From the NCBI GenBank assembly GCA_965204745.1, contig OZ242010.1, positions 896,001 through 960,000 of the forward strand: a stretch of 64,000 nucleotides of DNA, read 5' to 3'. Source of the DNA: Candidatus Latescibacterota bacterium (GTDB taxonomy: Bacteria; Latescibacterota; UBA2968). Below the pieces are notes generated by a model. It was not told where the DNA came from. It worked only from the letters and a program-made list of their open reading frames with translations, and searched no databases. The position numbers and the translations under genes are program-made. Shown piece after piece: positions 18,969-27,645 of the stretch; position 1 is the first letter of the stretch, and each line of letters opens with the position of its first letter.

Positions 18969-19102
18969 GGTGTTCCTCCGAAAAATCCGCGAGAAGATAA
19001 ACCCGCGCTATGCGTTTGGCAATGATTTTGAACGCACACACGCCCGGCGTTTCCCGGCTTGTTTTTGCGAAGAATTGTCGTATTATGGCAAAGGCAAAAG
19101 TC

Positions 19103-19174
19103 ATACCAATTTGATTTTAAGTTGTCCGCATCCTGTCTCACATCAGGGATGAATGAGGAACAGAAGTTCCGTAG
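19103..19174 (+). repeat. IS-end-like dispersed repeat, L-type copy
   Basis: Matches 802-873. Confidence 0.7.
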
Positions 19175-19592
19175 GAGTGCTTGTCTCAAGCGTTTGGTCC
19201 TACAGCATTGTTGGTTGCTTTCGATGCCTTCGGCGACTTACTTTTTTTCAACAGCAAAAAAAAGTAAGCGAGCGGGGTACAACTGCCCCAGCAGTTCAAA
19301 AATGCCGCTCTCAAACGCCGAGGGGCTTGCACAGCGCAAATCGCTTTTGTAATCGCCCGACATGCGTTGGCCTGCAAGGTGGGTTGCAAGAGGGGTGTTG
19401 GTTGCGAGACGGACTTGCGCGCTGTGCGTGATGGCTTTAGCTGATGGTCGTTTGCGCTGGCATTGTTGCCATGGCTTCTCTGAATGACTGCGGAACGTCA
19501 AGGGGATCGCTTGCTGTCAGCATATCGCATCACATTAGGACAACAGCAATTCAATTTTGTATTGCGATTCATCTGTTTTCAAGGAGAAGGAC

Positions 19593-20441
19593 ATGAGCTA
19601 TGACACGTTGGAAGATTTTTTTGGGGATATTGTGGGGAAGGCGCGGCGGGGGCGGGGGATTTCCGAAGCGGCGTTGGCGCAGAGTGTCGGCTTGAGTGCG
19701 CGGGAGATCGGGCGAATCGAATCCTATGCCCTAATGCCGGATGACCGCGTCATTCGCAGGCTCGCGGACGCGCTTCATCTCGACGGCGAAAAATTGGTGG
19801 GCGTGGCGCGCGGGTGGGTGCCGCAACGGGGCAATGCGGCGTTTGAAGATCGAGGCAGGCGGGTCGAGCGGTTGATTCTCGACGCGGGGATGACGGTCAA
19901 CTGCTATTTGCTCACCTGTACGGCGTCTGGCAACGGGGCCGTCATTGACCCTGGCGGGCAGGCGCGGGTGATTTTGGATGCGGTTGCAAGTGCGGGCATG
20001 CAGGTGACGCACATCTTGCTCACGCACGGGCACGGAGATCATGTGGGCGCGCTGGACGCGGTTGCCGATGCGACAGGCGCGCATGTGTGCGGTTGCCAAC
20101 GCGATTTTGCGGTGATGGGATCGCGCAGCCAATGGGTGGCAGAGCAAGTGGATGAGGGATGGCAAACGCGGATTGGGGAACTCGATGTGACTGCGGTGAG
20201 CCTGCCCGGGCACACGGCAGGAGGGATTGGGTATTATACGGCTCCCGTGTTTTTTTCTGGAGACGCGCTTTTTGCCGGCTCTTTGGGCGGCGCGATGGGC
20301 GATGCGTACGCCGGGCAAATTCAAGCCGTGCGCGACAAGGTGCTCTCGCTGCCGGGAGAGACGGTTGTTTTTCCCGGGCACGGGCCGATCACTTCTGTGG
20401 CGCAAGAGTTGCAACACAATCCCTATTTTGGATGGGGATAG
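19593..20441 (+). CDS. XRE-type HTH fused to a glyoxalase II-like MBL-fold metallo-hydrolase
   Basis: N-terminal HTH pattern; THGHGDH, PGHT, GD, PGHG motifs; AAGGAG RBS. Confidence 0.85.
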   Translation: MSYDTLEDFFGDIVGKARRGRGISEAALAQSVGLSAREIGRIESYALMPDDRVIRRLADALHLDGEKLVGVARGWVPQRGNAAFEDRGRRVERLILDAGMTVNCYLLTCTASGNGAVIDPGGQARVILDAVASAGMQVTHILLTHGHGDHVGALDAVADATGAHVCGCQRDFAVMGSRSQWVAEQVDEGWQTRIGELDVTAVSLPGHTAGGIGYYTAPVFFSGDALFAGSLGGAMGDAYAGQIQAVRDKVLSLPGETVVFPGHGPITSVAQELQHNPYFGWG

Positions 20442-20444
20442 GCC

Positions 20445-20510
20445 CTACTCGCTTCACTCGTTATTCCCTGATGGGAAGCGGATACGGACAACCTAAAATC
20501 ATAATGGGTA
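20445..20510 (-). repeat. IS-end-like dispersed repeat, R-type copy
   Basis: Reverse complement TACCCATTATGATTTTAGGTTGTCCGTATCC..CCCATCAGGGAAT matches 57187-57245. Confidence 0.7.
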
Positions 20511-20541
20511 ACGTCTCCCCTCCTCAGATTGCCGTTGTAGG

Positions 20542-20739
20542 CTACGCCTCTGTATCACCCTGCGTTTCCACCCATTGCCCGATGGCTTGGCGGATGGATT
20601 CAACCGCAACTTTTTTGCGCTCGAGGCGGTCGATTTGTGCGCGTAATTGTTCGATTTGCGCGTTGATGTCTTGAAGCTCGCCATCTGCTGTTGAGAGTGC
20701 TTGCCGATAGACGGGTTCGCCGTGCGTGGATTCTGCCAT
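20542..20739 (-). CDS. Small coiled-coil hypothetical protein
   Basis: AAGGAG RBS; heptad pattern LQDINAQIEQLRAQIDRLE. Confidence 0.6.
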   Translation of the reverse strand: MAESTHGEPVYRQALSTADGELQDINAQIEQLRAQIDRLERKKVAVESIRQAIGQWVETQGDTEA

Positions 20740-20951
20740 GGATGTGCTCCTTCATGCGTGGTGTTTTGGAACGAATTGCACGAGCATGTACCAACTATAG
20801 AACTCATCGTTGCGATTCGTCAAGCGCAAAGTGAAATTTGTCCCGCGAACTGGGGTTAAAGACATGCAACTTTCTCTCGTTTTACGCATTTAAGAACGCA
20901 GACGCCAACTGGCCTTCCATCGATCAGTGCTGTTCAGCAAAGGAGATCACC

Positions 20952-23900
20952 ATGTCGTATCGTTTCACACGTTTCACACACGCGCCCAAGCGCGTGCCGA
21001 AGTCAATCGCAGTGTATTTGGTCGCCCTGATTTTGTGCGCTTCCACCTCTGCGGTCGCACAGGAATATTTTGGGAAGAACAAGGTCAATTACAGCCAATA
21101 CACCTGGCATTATATCGACAGCGAACACTTCACGATCTACTTTGACAAGGGGTCGCTCGGCCTGGCCGAGTTTGTCGCCAAAGAGGCGGAGCGGTCTTTG
21201 GTCCACATCGAAAAAACCCTGAAGTACACCATGAAAGAACGCTATCCCATCGTCATTTACAATTCGCACAATGGGTTTTCCGTGTCCAATATCACCAATG
21301 CGGAACAGTCCGAGTTCACGGGCGGGTTCACCGAGTTCGCCCAAGGGCGCGTGGTGATCCCCTTTACCGGGTCGTACGCGGATTTGCAGCACGTCATTCA
21401 CCACGAGTTGGTTCACGCGGTGACGATAGAGTTGTGGACCGGCGGCGGTTGGTTAGGGTCATTGGTTTCGCAAACCTCCACGTTGCCCCCGCTGTGGATC
21501 GCCGAGGGCATTGCCGAATACGTGTCGCGCTATGGCTGGCACAAAGAACACGACAATTTTATGCGCGACGCCACCATTACCGGGTACGTGCCGACCATCG
21601 AGATGATGTCGATGAGTTATTTTGCGTATCCCGGTGGCAACTCGGTTTTTTACATGATCGAACAGGAGTACGGCAAGGACAAGGTGGCGTCCTTTATTTC
21701 GTCCTTCCGCACGGCCAAAAATCCGGACAAGGCACTCAAGGCGTCGTTGGGATTTGGGATGAAGGAGCTGGAGGAGAAATACCAACTGTGGCTCAAGCGG
21801 CAATACTGGAACGAGATCAACCTGCGCCACACCCCCGCCGAGATGGCGAAAAACTTGACGGAACGCGAAGATGAGCCTGCGTCCTACAATCTGGCCGCCG
21901 CGCTTTCGCCCCAAGGCGACAAGGTCGCGTATTTGACCAACCGAAACGGCACGTTTGACATTTATCTCATGTCGGCGATTGATGGCAAGGACTTGGGGCG
22001 GTTGGTCGAGGGACAAAAGTCGTCCGATTTTGAGTCGATGTTCGTTTTGCGGCCCGGGTTGACGTGGTCGCCCGATGGCCGGCATATTGCATTTGCCGCC
22101 AAGTCGAATAACAAGAATACCCTGTACATTCTCGAGGTGAAAAATAAGCGGATTCGCAAGCGGTTCAAGTTTGACCTCGACGGGTTGTTTGAACCCACTT
22201 GGTCGCCGGATGGGCAAAAAATTGCCGTTGCCGGGATCAAAGATGGGTGGTCCGATATCTACGTGATCGATCTCGATGACGAGTCCCTCACCCGCCTGAC
22301 CAACGACCCCTACGACGAGCGGCACTTGGATTGGTCGCCGGATGGCGCGTGGATCGCCGTGAGTTCGGATCGTCCGGATACCGCGCTGGCATTTCGCGGG
22401 GGAAAGGATTTTGGGTTCGGGCAATACGACATCTTTTTGGTGCGCGCCGATGGGTCGGAAATGCGCCGCATCGTCACGTATGAAGACGCCGAAGACTCGC
22501 ATCCGGTGTGGGGATCAGACAGCAACCACCTCGCCTTTGTTTCCGACCGCACGGGGGTGGGCAATATTTATATCGCAAGCGTCGATGGCACCGAGGAGAT
22601 CTATCCCATCACCAATTTGCTGTCTGGGGCGCAATACCTCGATTGGTCAGCCGATGGAAAAAAGATCGCGTTCAATGCCTTTCACAAGGGCACGCTCGAC
22701 GTGTTTGTGATGCGCGACCCGTTCGCGCAAAAAAAACAAATGGCGGATTTGCCGCGCACGCGCTTTGTCAAGCGACTCGCAGGGGAAGATGAAAAGATGT
22801 TCGTGGAGTTGCAAAAGGAGAAATACGCCTCCCGCGATACCGCCGCGGCCGACAGCGCGATAGTCGATTCCGCGACGACAAAACCCAAGGAGGTGGCGCA
22901 GTGGATCGCGGATCAAGAAGCCCTCGCTACGGCCGCTGTTGCCGACAGCACCGAGCCTGCGATCACGCAGCCGGTCGCGGGTAGCCCGGATGTGGCGGAT
23001 TCTGGGGCGAAAGACTGGGGCGAGCGAGAATTTCAGGTCAAGAAGTACAAGTTGAAATTCAAGCCCGAACTGTTCGGCGCGCAAGCGGGGTTCGACACGT
23101 TTTACGGGGTGAACAGTTTTATCATGTTGTCGATGAGCGATGTGATGGGCGACCACCGCGCCACGCTGTTGACGAGTTTGAACTTCTCGCTCAAAGACAG
23201 CGATTTTCTGCTGAGTTACGCCTATTTGAAGCACCGCACGAATTACGGCGCGCAGCTTTTTCACACGCGCTTCTTCTTCTTTGACAACACCGGCAATTTG
23301 ACCGCTGATCGCTATTACGGAATTTCCGGCGGGCTCGAGCGACCGTTTAATCGGTTCTCCCGCTTGGAGTTCAGTTCGCGCTTTGTCTCTGTTGACCGCG
23401 AGCGATTGATAACCGGCGGCACCAATTTGTTCCAGCCGGGGTTTCGCGGCATTGCGCGGTACAGCGGCACATTGATCGACCGCCGCCGCGCAGCTATCGG
23501 CGAAGTGGCACTCGTGGGCGACAGCGCGCTTTACAGCTTGTTTGGCGCCGCAGACGGGCATCGCTACCGCCTGGGCTTTGAAGGGTCTGGCGCGGGCATG
23601 AAGTTCGCCACATTTCGACTGGATTATCGCAAGTACCTGCGCCTGTTGAATGAATACACGTTTGGGTTCCGCGTGTCGGGCGGGACGAGTTACGGCCCCA
23701 ACAGCACGGTGTTTTTCTTGGGCGGGGTGAACAATCCGATCAACCCGACGTTTTCCACCATTGCCAATGTGGATCAAAGCCGCGTGTTTTTCTCGTCTTA
23801 TGCCTGGCCCTTGCGCGGGGCATCTCTGCTCGAAATGGCGGGCAATTCCTACGTGCTGGGCAATTTCGCGTTCCGGTTCCCGCTCATCCGGCAGTTGTCG

Positions 23901-24218
23901 ATGGGCTGGCCCTTGCCGTTTTTCTTTCAAAATGTGCAGGGGGAATTGTTCTTTGACATCGGCGGGGCTTTTGACCGTGCGGATTGGCGCGATGGCTGGG
24001 TGGCCCGCGATGGCGGGTTCCAACTCAATACGCCGCAAAACTACTACAAGCAGGAAATCGGAAAATCAAAGCCGCAACTGGCCGCGGGCTATGGATTTGG
24101 CGTGCGGGTAAATCTGGGCTATTTCCTGTTCCGCTACGATCTGGCCTGGCCCACGGACCTCGCGGAAACCTACCACCCGCATCAGTACTTCTCGATTGAT
24201 TTCACGGGGTTGTTTTAA
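20952..24218 (+). CDS. Zinc peptidase (HExxH) + TolB/PD40 propeller + Omp85-like barrel protein
   Basis: HELVH...EG, repeated WSPDG, FLGG...LRG, GFGVR, C-terminal Phe; signal peptide. Confidence 0.85.
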   Translation: MSYRFTRFTHAPKRVPKSIAVYLVALILCASTSAVAQEYFGKNKVNYSQYTWHYIDSEHFTIYFDKGSLGLAEFVAKEAERSLVHIEKTLKYTMKERYPIVIYNSHNGFSVSNITNAEQSEFTGGFTEFAQGRVVIPFTGSYADLQHVIHHELVHAVTIELWTGGGWLGSLVSQTSTLPPLWIAEGIAEYVSRYGWHKEHDNFMRDATITGYVPTIEMMSMSYFAYPGGNSVFYMIEQEYGKDKVASFISSFRTAKNPDKALKASLGFGMKELEEKYQLWLKRQYWNEINLRHTPAEMAKNLTEREDEPASYNLAAALSPQGDKVAYLTNRNGTFDIYLMSAIDGKDLGRLVEGQKSSDFESMFVLRPGLTWSPDGRHIAFAAKSNNKNTLYILEVKNKRIRKRFKFDLDGLFEPTWSPDGQKIAVAGIKDGWSDIYVIDLDDESLTRLTNDPYDERHLDWSPDGAWIAVSSDRPDTALAFRGGKDFGFGQYDIFLVRADGSEMRRIVTYEDAEDSHPVWGSDSNHLAFVSDRTGVGNIYIASVDGTEEIYPITNLLSGAQYLDWSADGKKIAFNAFHKGTLDVFVMRDPFAQKKQMADLPRTRFVKRLAGEDEKMFVELQKEKYASRDTAAADSAIVDSATTKPKEVAQWIADQEALATAAVADSTEPAITQPVAGSPDVADSGAKDWGEREFQVKKYKLKFKPELFGAQAGFDTFYGVNSFIMLSMSDVMGDHRATLLTSLNFSLKDSDFLLSYAYLKHRTNYGAQLFHTRFFFFDNTGNLTADRYYGISGGLERPFNRFSRLEFSSRFVSVDRERLITGGTNLFQPGFRGIARYSGTLIDRRRAAIGEVALVGDSALYSLFGAADGHRYRLGFEGSGAGMKFATFRLDYRKYLRLLNEYTFGFRVSGGTSYGPNSTVFFLGGVNNPINPTFSTIANVDQSRVFFSSYAWPLRGASLLEMAGNSYVLGNFAFRFPLIRQLSMGWPLPFFFQNVQGELFFDIGGAFDRADWRDGWVARDGGFQLNTPQNYYKQEIGKSKPQLAAGYGFGVRVNLGYFLFRYDLAWPTDLAETYHPHQYFSIDFTGLF

Positions 24219-24275
24219 CTATCTTGTTTTGCCGATTGATAGCCAAGAGACAAAAGGCGAGAGCGTAGCCCATTC

Positions 24276-24310
24276 AAGAGAGGCATGCCGTGCATGTCTC
24301 TCTTGTTTTA
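24276..24310 (+). terminator. Probable intrinsic terminator
   Basis: AAGAGAGGCATG/CATGTCTCTCTT + T-rich tail. Confidence 0.55.
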
Positions 24311-24397
24311 TTTTTTTGCGCGGTTGATGGGTGTCGATTTTTTGCGTATTATTGACGCGGAACGCGGACCTATCCTTAAAGCGCGAGGAGGTGCATC

Positions 24398-24991
24398 ATG
24401 GCAGTTGAAACGTTGCGGGACGTTGAAATTCCGCGAGAGGTCAAGCCCCTGCGCTGGCGATTTACGGTCGATGATTTTATGCGTATGGCAGAAGCGGGGG
24501 TTCTTTGTGACGAGGATCGGGTCGAACTCATCAATGGAGAGGTGCGTGCAATGAGTCCTGTTGGGCCAAGTCATGGTGCTGTTCTCAATCGGCTGAATAT
24601 GTTTTTTTCGCCCAAGTTGTTCGGGAAGGCGATTGTGAGTATTCAAAATCCGGTTCAGTTAGACGACTTTTCCGAACCCTTGCCCGATTTTGTGATTGCG
24701 CGTTTCCGCGAGGATTATTACGCCCTCGCGCATCCGTCGCCCGATGATGTGTTGTTGCTGATCGAGGTTGCGGATTCCTCGTTGCCTTATGATCGCGGCG
24801 AGAAGCGAGCGCGCTATGCCCAAGCCGGGATTCCCGAATACTGGGTGATCGACATTCCGCGCAGGCGCGTTTTTCAGTATGTCGCGCCGGAGGCGATGGG
24901 CTATCGCACAGAGCGCGTGTTGGGTGCGGGTGAGGTGATCACCTGCGCTTTCGCGGCGGATATCGCGATCTCGGTCGATGAGATTTTCTAA
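24398..24991 (+). CDS. Uma2 family endonuclease
   Basis: RVELINGE, PD, LLIEVADSS, YAQAGIPEYWVID. Confidence 0.9.
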   Translation: MAVETLRDVEIPREVKPLRWRFTVDDFMRMAEAGVLCDEDRVELINGEVRAMSPVGPSHGAVLNRLNMFFSPKLFGKAIVSIQNPVQLDDFSEPLPDFVIARFREDYYALAHPSPDDVLLLIEVADSSLPYDRGEKRARYAQAGIPEYWVIDIPRRRVFQYVAPEAMGYRTERVLGAGEVITCAFAADIAISVDEIF

Positions 24992-25122
24992 CCGGCCCCT
25001 CCCCACAACGGGAAGGGGAGACGTTATTCCCCCATTCCTCGTCCTACAACGAAGCAGAGCGAGTAACGGGACTAAAAAAAATCAAAACAACTTCAGGATG
25101 ACAACGCAACAAAGGATTTGTT

Positions 25123-25437
25123 ATGACGGCAAAAGAATACTACATGGCGGGGTTGGGCAAGTTGGGGACAGGGGACTTAGATGGTGCTATCGCCGAGTTT
25201 GAGAAGGCCGTTGCAAGCGATGAGTCGTTTTACATGGCGCGTTTGGGATGGGCGCAGGCACTGGACAGGCAGGGCGAGATCGACGCTGCGATTGAACAGG
25301 TCAATCACGCCTTGGCCATCGTCCCGGACGAGGCCCTCGCGCATACGAGTCTGTCGCGGTTGTATCAGCAAAAAGGCATGATCGCAGAGGCCGAAAGGGA
25401 AATGGCGATTTCGCAACAACTCGCTCAAAATATTTGA
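25123..25437 (+). CDS. Small TPR protein
   Basis: TPR-like helical repeats (GDLDGAIAEFEKAV, AHTSLSRLYQQKG). Confidence 0.75.
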   Translation: MTAKEYYMAGLGKLGTGDLDGAIAEFEKAVASDESFYMARLGWAQALDRQGEIDAAIEQVNHALAIVPDEALAHTSLSRLYQQKGMIAEAEREMAISQQLAQNI

Positions 25438-25444
25438 TGATCCC

Positions 25445-25620
25445 GCCACCCGTGCGGCCTCACCGCGCCACCCAACCGCCCGTGTCTGAATCGCGGATTA
25501 AACGGATTACGCAGATTACGCGGATTACCCCTCACCGCTCTACCGCCGTTTCATCGTTCCCACCCGATATGTCCTTCGCAACCCTGTCGCCATTATCCGT
25601 AGGGACAGGCCCATGTGCTT
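25445..25620 (+). repeat. Long composite repeat, inverted partner at 27418-27607
   Basis: TTCATCGTTC..ATGTCCTTCGCA..CCGTAGGGACAGG is mirrored at 27418-27510; related short units at 41975-42030 and 49575-49686. Confidence 0.7.
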
Positions 25621-25779
25621 ACCTATCCCCCGGCCCCTTTCCTACGGGAAAGGGGAGTAGCGTCCTTTGATGGCTTAATCAATGGCTGGTTTTAAGGGCG
25701 TTGCGCGAGGGCATAAAGCGATTAAAAATCCCTCACCCCTTCCCCTCGTAAAACCTCTCGCCATTCCCCCTTGTATCTT

Positions 25780-26155
25780 TGGATCAAGGGTTAATTAGGT
25801 GTTGCGCCCTCGTATCGAGACAAGCCATCTTGATGCTCGGCTCGGAGAAGGCCGGTCCCCCCCTTGAAGGCAATGACCTTGTTAGGAAGAGAGGCCCCCC
25901 GACCGCCGAGTCTATGCCGAAGAGTATCTAAGTCCATCGAGGCTGCATATACAAGGTCGGTAGGCTTGGCGCGAATGGTCGGGACGCGAACCCGAGCGCA
26001 CACCAGATCCCTTACAAACCCCTCATCACAGGAGGCCCCTATGTCGAACTCTCACTCCGCTTTTGCCGGCATTGATGTCAGTGCCCACACATTGTCCGTT
26101 GCCCTGTCCAGACCTGGACAAGATGTCCTGCAAGCGACCTTTGACAATGATCCCC
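25780..26155 (+). pseudogene. IS110 remnant: full left non-coding end + first ~38 transposase codons (ATG 26041)
   Basis: Colinear with 60893-61263; MSNSHSAFAGIDVSAHTLSVALSRPGQ. Confidence 0.9.
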
Positions 26156-26261
26156 GGGCGGATAGGTGGCGAGGAGGGGAAAATCACTTGACATCGCGAG
26201 AGGGATTGGAGATTATTTGTGTTGTTCCGCAAGTCGTTCAAACAATCTCAGGAGGTGCCCC

Positions 26262-27287
26262 ATGGCAGAATACGATACGATTCCCAAGCAGTTGATTCAC
26301 CTCTACCCGCAAGATCTCGTCCGCTTGGCTCTCGGACGCGAGGATGTCGAAATTGAAGTTGAAGAAGTCCTCGACACCGAACTCCCGATGGTTGACACGC
26401 GCCTGGTCGATAGCCTCATTCGCGTGCGGATCAATGGCGAGGAAGCCTTGGTACACATCGAATTTCAAACCACCGACAGCGCGAATATGGCTATTCGCAT
26501 GGCGATCTATATCCTCCGCCTCATCGAACGCTATGGCCTGCCGGTCTATGCCCATGTGATTTACTTGCGTCCCAATGCCGGGCGACGCGATAAAGGGTTT
26601 TACCTTCAAGATCATGCCGATTACCCAGTGCTGGTGCGCTACAAGGTGCTTCGGTTGCGTGAGCTGGACGGGCGAGGCATTCTTGAAGGTGGTCAGGCGG
26701 GCTTGCTTCCTTTCGCGCCGTTGATGAAGCGTCCTGTGGGGATGGGTTCCGAGGATTGGTTGCGCGAGTGTGTTCGCAAGAGCGATTCGGTTTCGTTGGA
26801 TCAATCAGAAAAGGCTAATTTTTTGAGTAGCTTGGGGGTCTTGAGTGGGTTGGCGTACGATCCAAGCACCATCACGAAAATTCTTTCTCAGGAGGGTTTT
26901 ATGGACGCGATTATGCGTGAGTCATCGTTTGCCCAATACCTCAAGGAACAGATCCAGGAACAGTTCAAGGAACAGTTCAAGGAACAGATCCAGGCACAGT
27001 TCAAGGAACAGTTCATTGAGCAGGGCATTGAGCAAGGAATCGAGCAGGGAATCGAGCAGGGAATCGAGCAGGGAATCGAGCAGGGAATCGAGCAAGGGGG
27101 TAGAGAACATACCATTGCCGCTATCCTCGACGTGTTGGAGGTTCGCTTCGATCCAGCCGTTGCCGGTCAGTTCGCCGGTCGCATTGCGGTTATCGACGAT
27201 TTGCAACGGCTCAAGCGGTTGCTTCGCTCGGCGGTGCAAGTGGATGATCTGGCGGCCTTTCAGCACCTGTTGGATGCGGAGGCCTGA
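26262..27287 (+). CDS. Rpn family (recombination-promoting nuclease/putative transposase, PD-(D/E)XK)
   Basis: LVD..VHIEFQ, RM..Y motifs, (xEQF/I) and (IEQG) 4-aa repeats; AGGAGG RBS. Confidence 0.85.
   Translation: MAEYDTIPKQLIHLYPQDLVRLALGREDVEIEVEEVLDTELPMVDTRLVDSLIRVRINGEEALVHIEFQTTDSANMAIRMAIYILRLIERYGLPVYAHVIYLRPNAGRRDKGFYLQDHADYPVLVRYKVLRLRELDGRGILEGGQAGLLPFAPLMKRPVGMGSEDWLRECVRKSDSVSLDQSEKANFLSSLGVLSGLAYDPSTITKILSQEGFMDAIMRESSFAQYLKEQIQEQFKEQFKEQIQAQFKEQFIEQGIEQGIEQGIEQGIEQGIEQGIEQGGREHTIAAILDVLEVRFDPAVAGQFAGRIAVIDDLQRLKRLLRSAVQVDDLAAFQHLLDAEA
26901..27287 (+). CDS. Candidate in-frame internal small protein (RpnS-like, 128 aa)
   Basis: AGGAGG at 26890-26895 then an in-frame ATG at 26901, just before the repeat block. 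Confidence 0.6.
   Translation: MDAIMRESSFAQYLKEQIQEQFKEQFKEQIQAQFKEQFIEQGIEQGIEQGIEQGIEQGIEQGIEQGGREHTIAAILDVLEVRFDPAVAGQFAGRIAVIDDLQRLKRLLRSAVQVDDLAAFQHLLDAEA
26943..27098 (+). repeat. 12-bp coding tandem repeat, 13 units
   Basis: AAGGAACAGTTC-type x6, then ATCGAGCAGGGA-type x7. Confidence 0.9.
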
Positions 27288-27645
27288 CGCACGTCCCTTA
27301 ACGACACAAGCCCTCGCATGCTGACCCTGGACAGATCGATTCGGGGCCAGGCTATGCGAGGGCTTTTTAGGGCGTGCGCGCACAGGGTCCCGAGAGGAGA
27401 GGTCTTGCGAGGAGGACAAGCACAGGGACCTGTCCCTACGGGGTATGGTGGCGGGGTGTGCGAAGGACATAGCGGGGAGAACGATGAAGCGGCGGTAGGG
27501 GGGGGTAATCCGTGCAAATCCCAATCGCAGGATATAAGACGGGGCTAACGCACACGGCAGGGTGGAGATGGGCTGGGCACGCACGGGTGGCGGATAGGTG
27601 GCGAGGACAGGTAGGTCACAAAAACGCTCTCAAAATACTTAAAAC

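Noticed and set aside
19153-19501. Short ORFs between rpiA and the MBL gene
   Set aside because: No clear RBS or motifs; the region contains repeat fragments.
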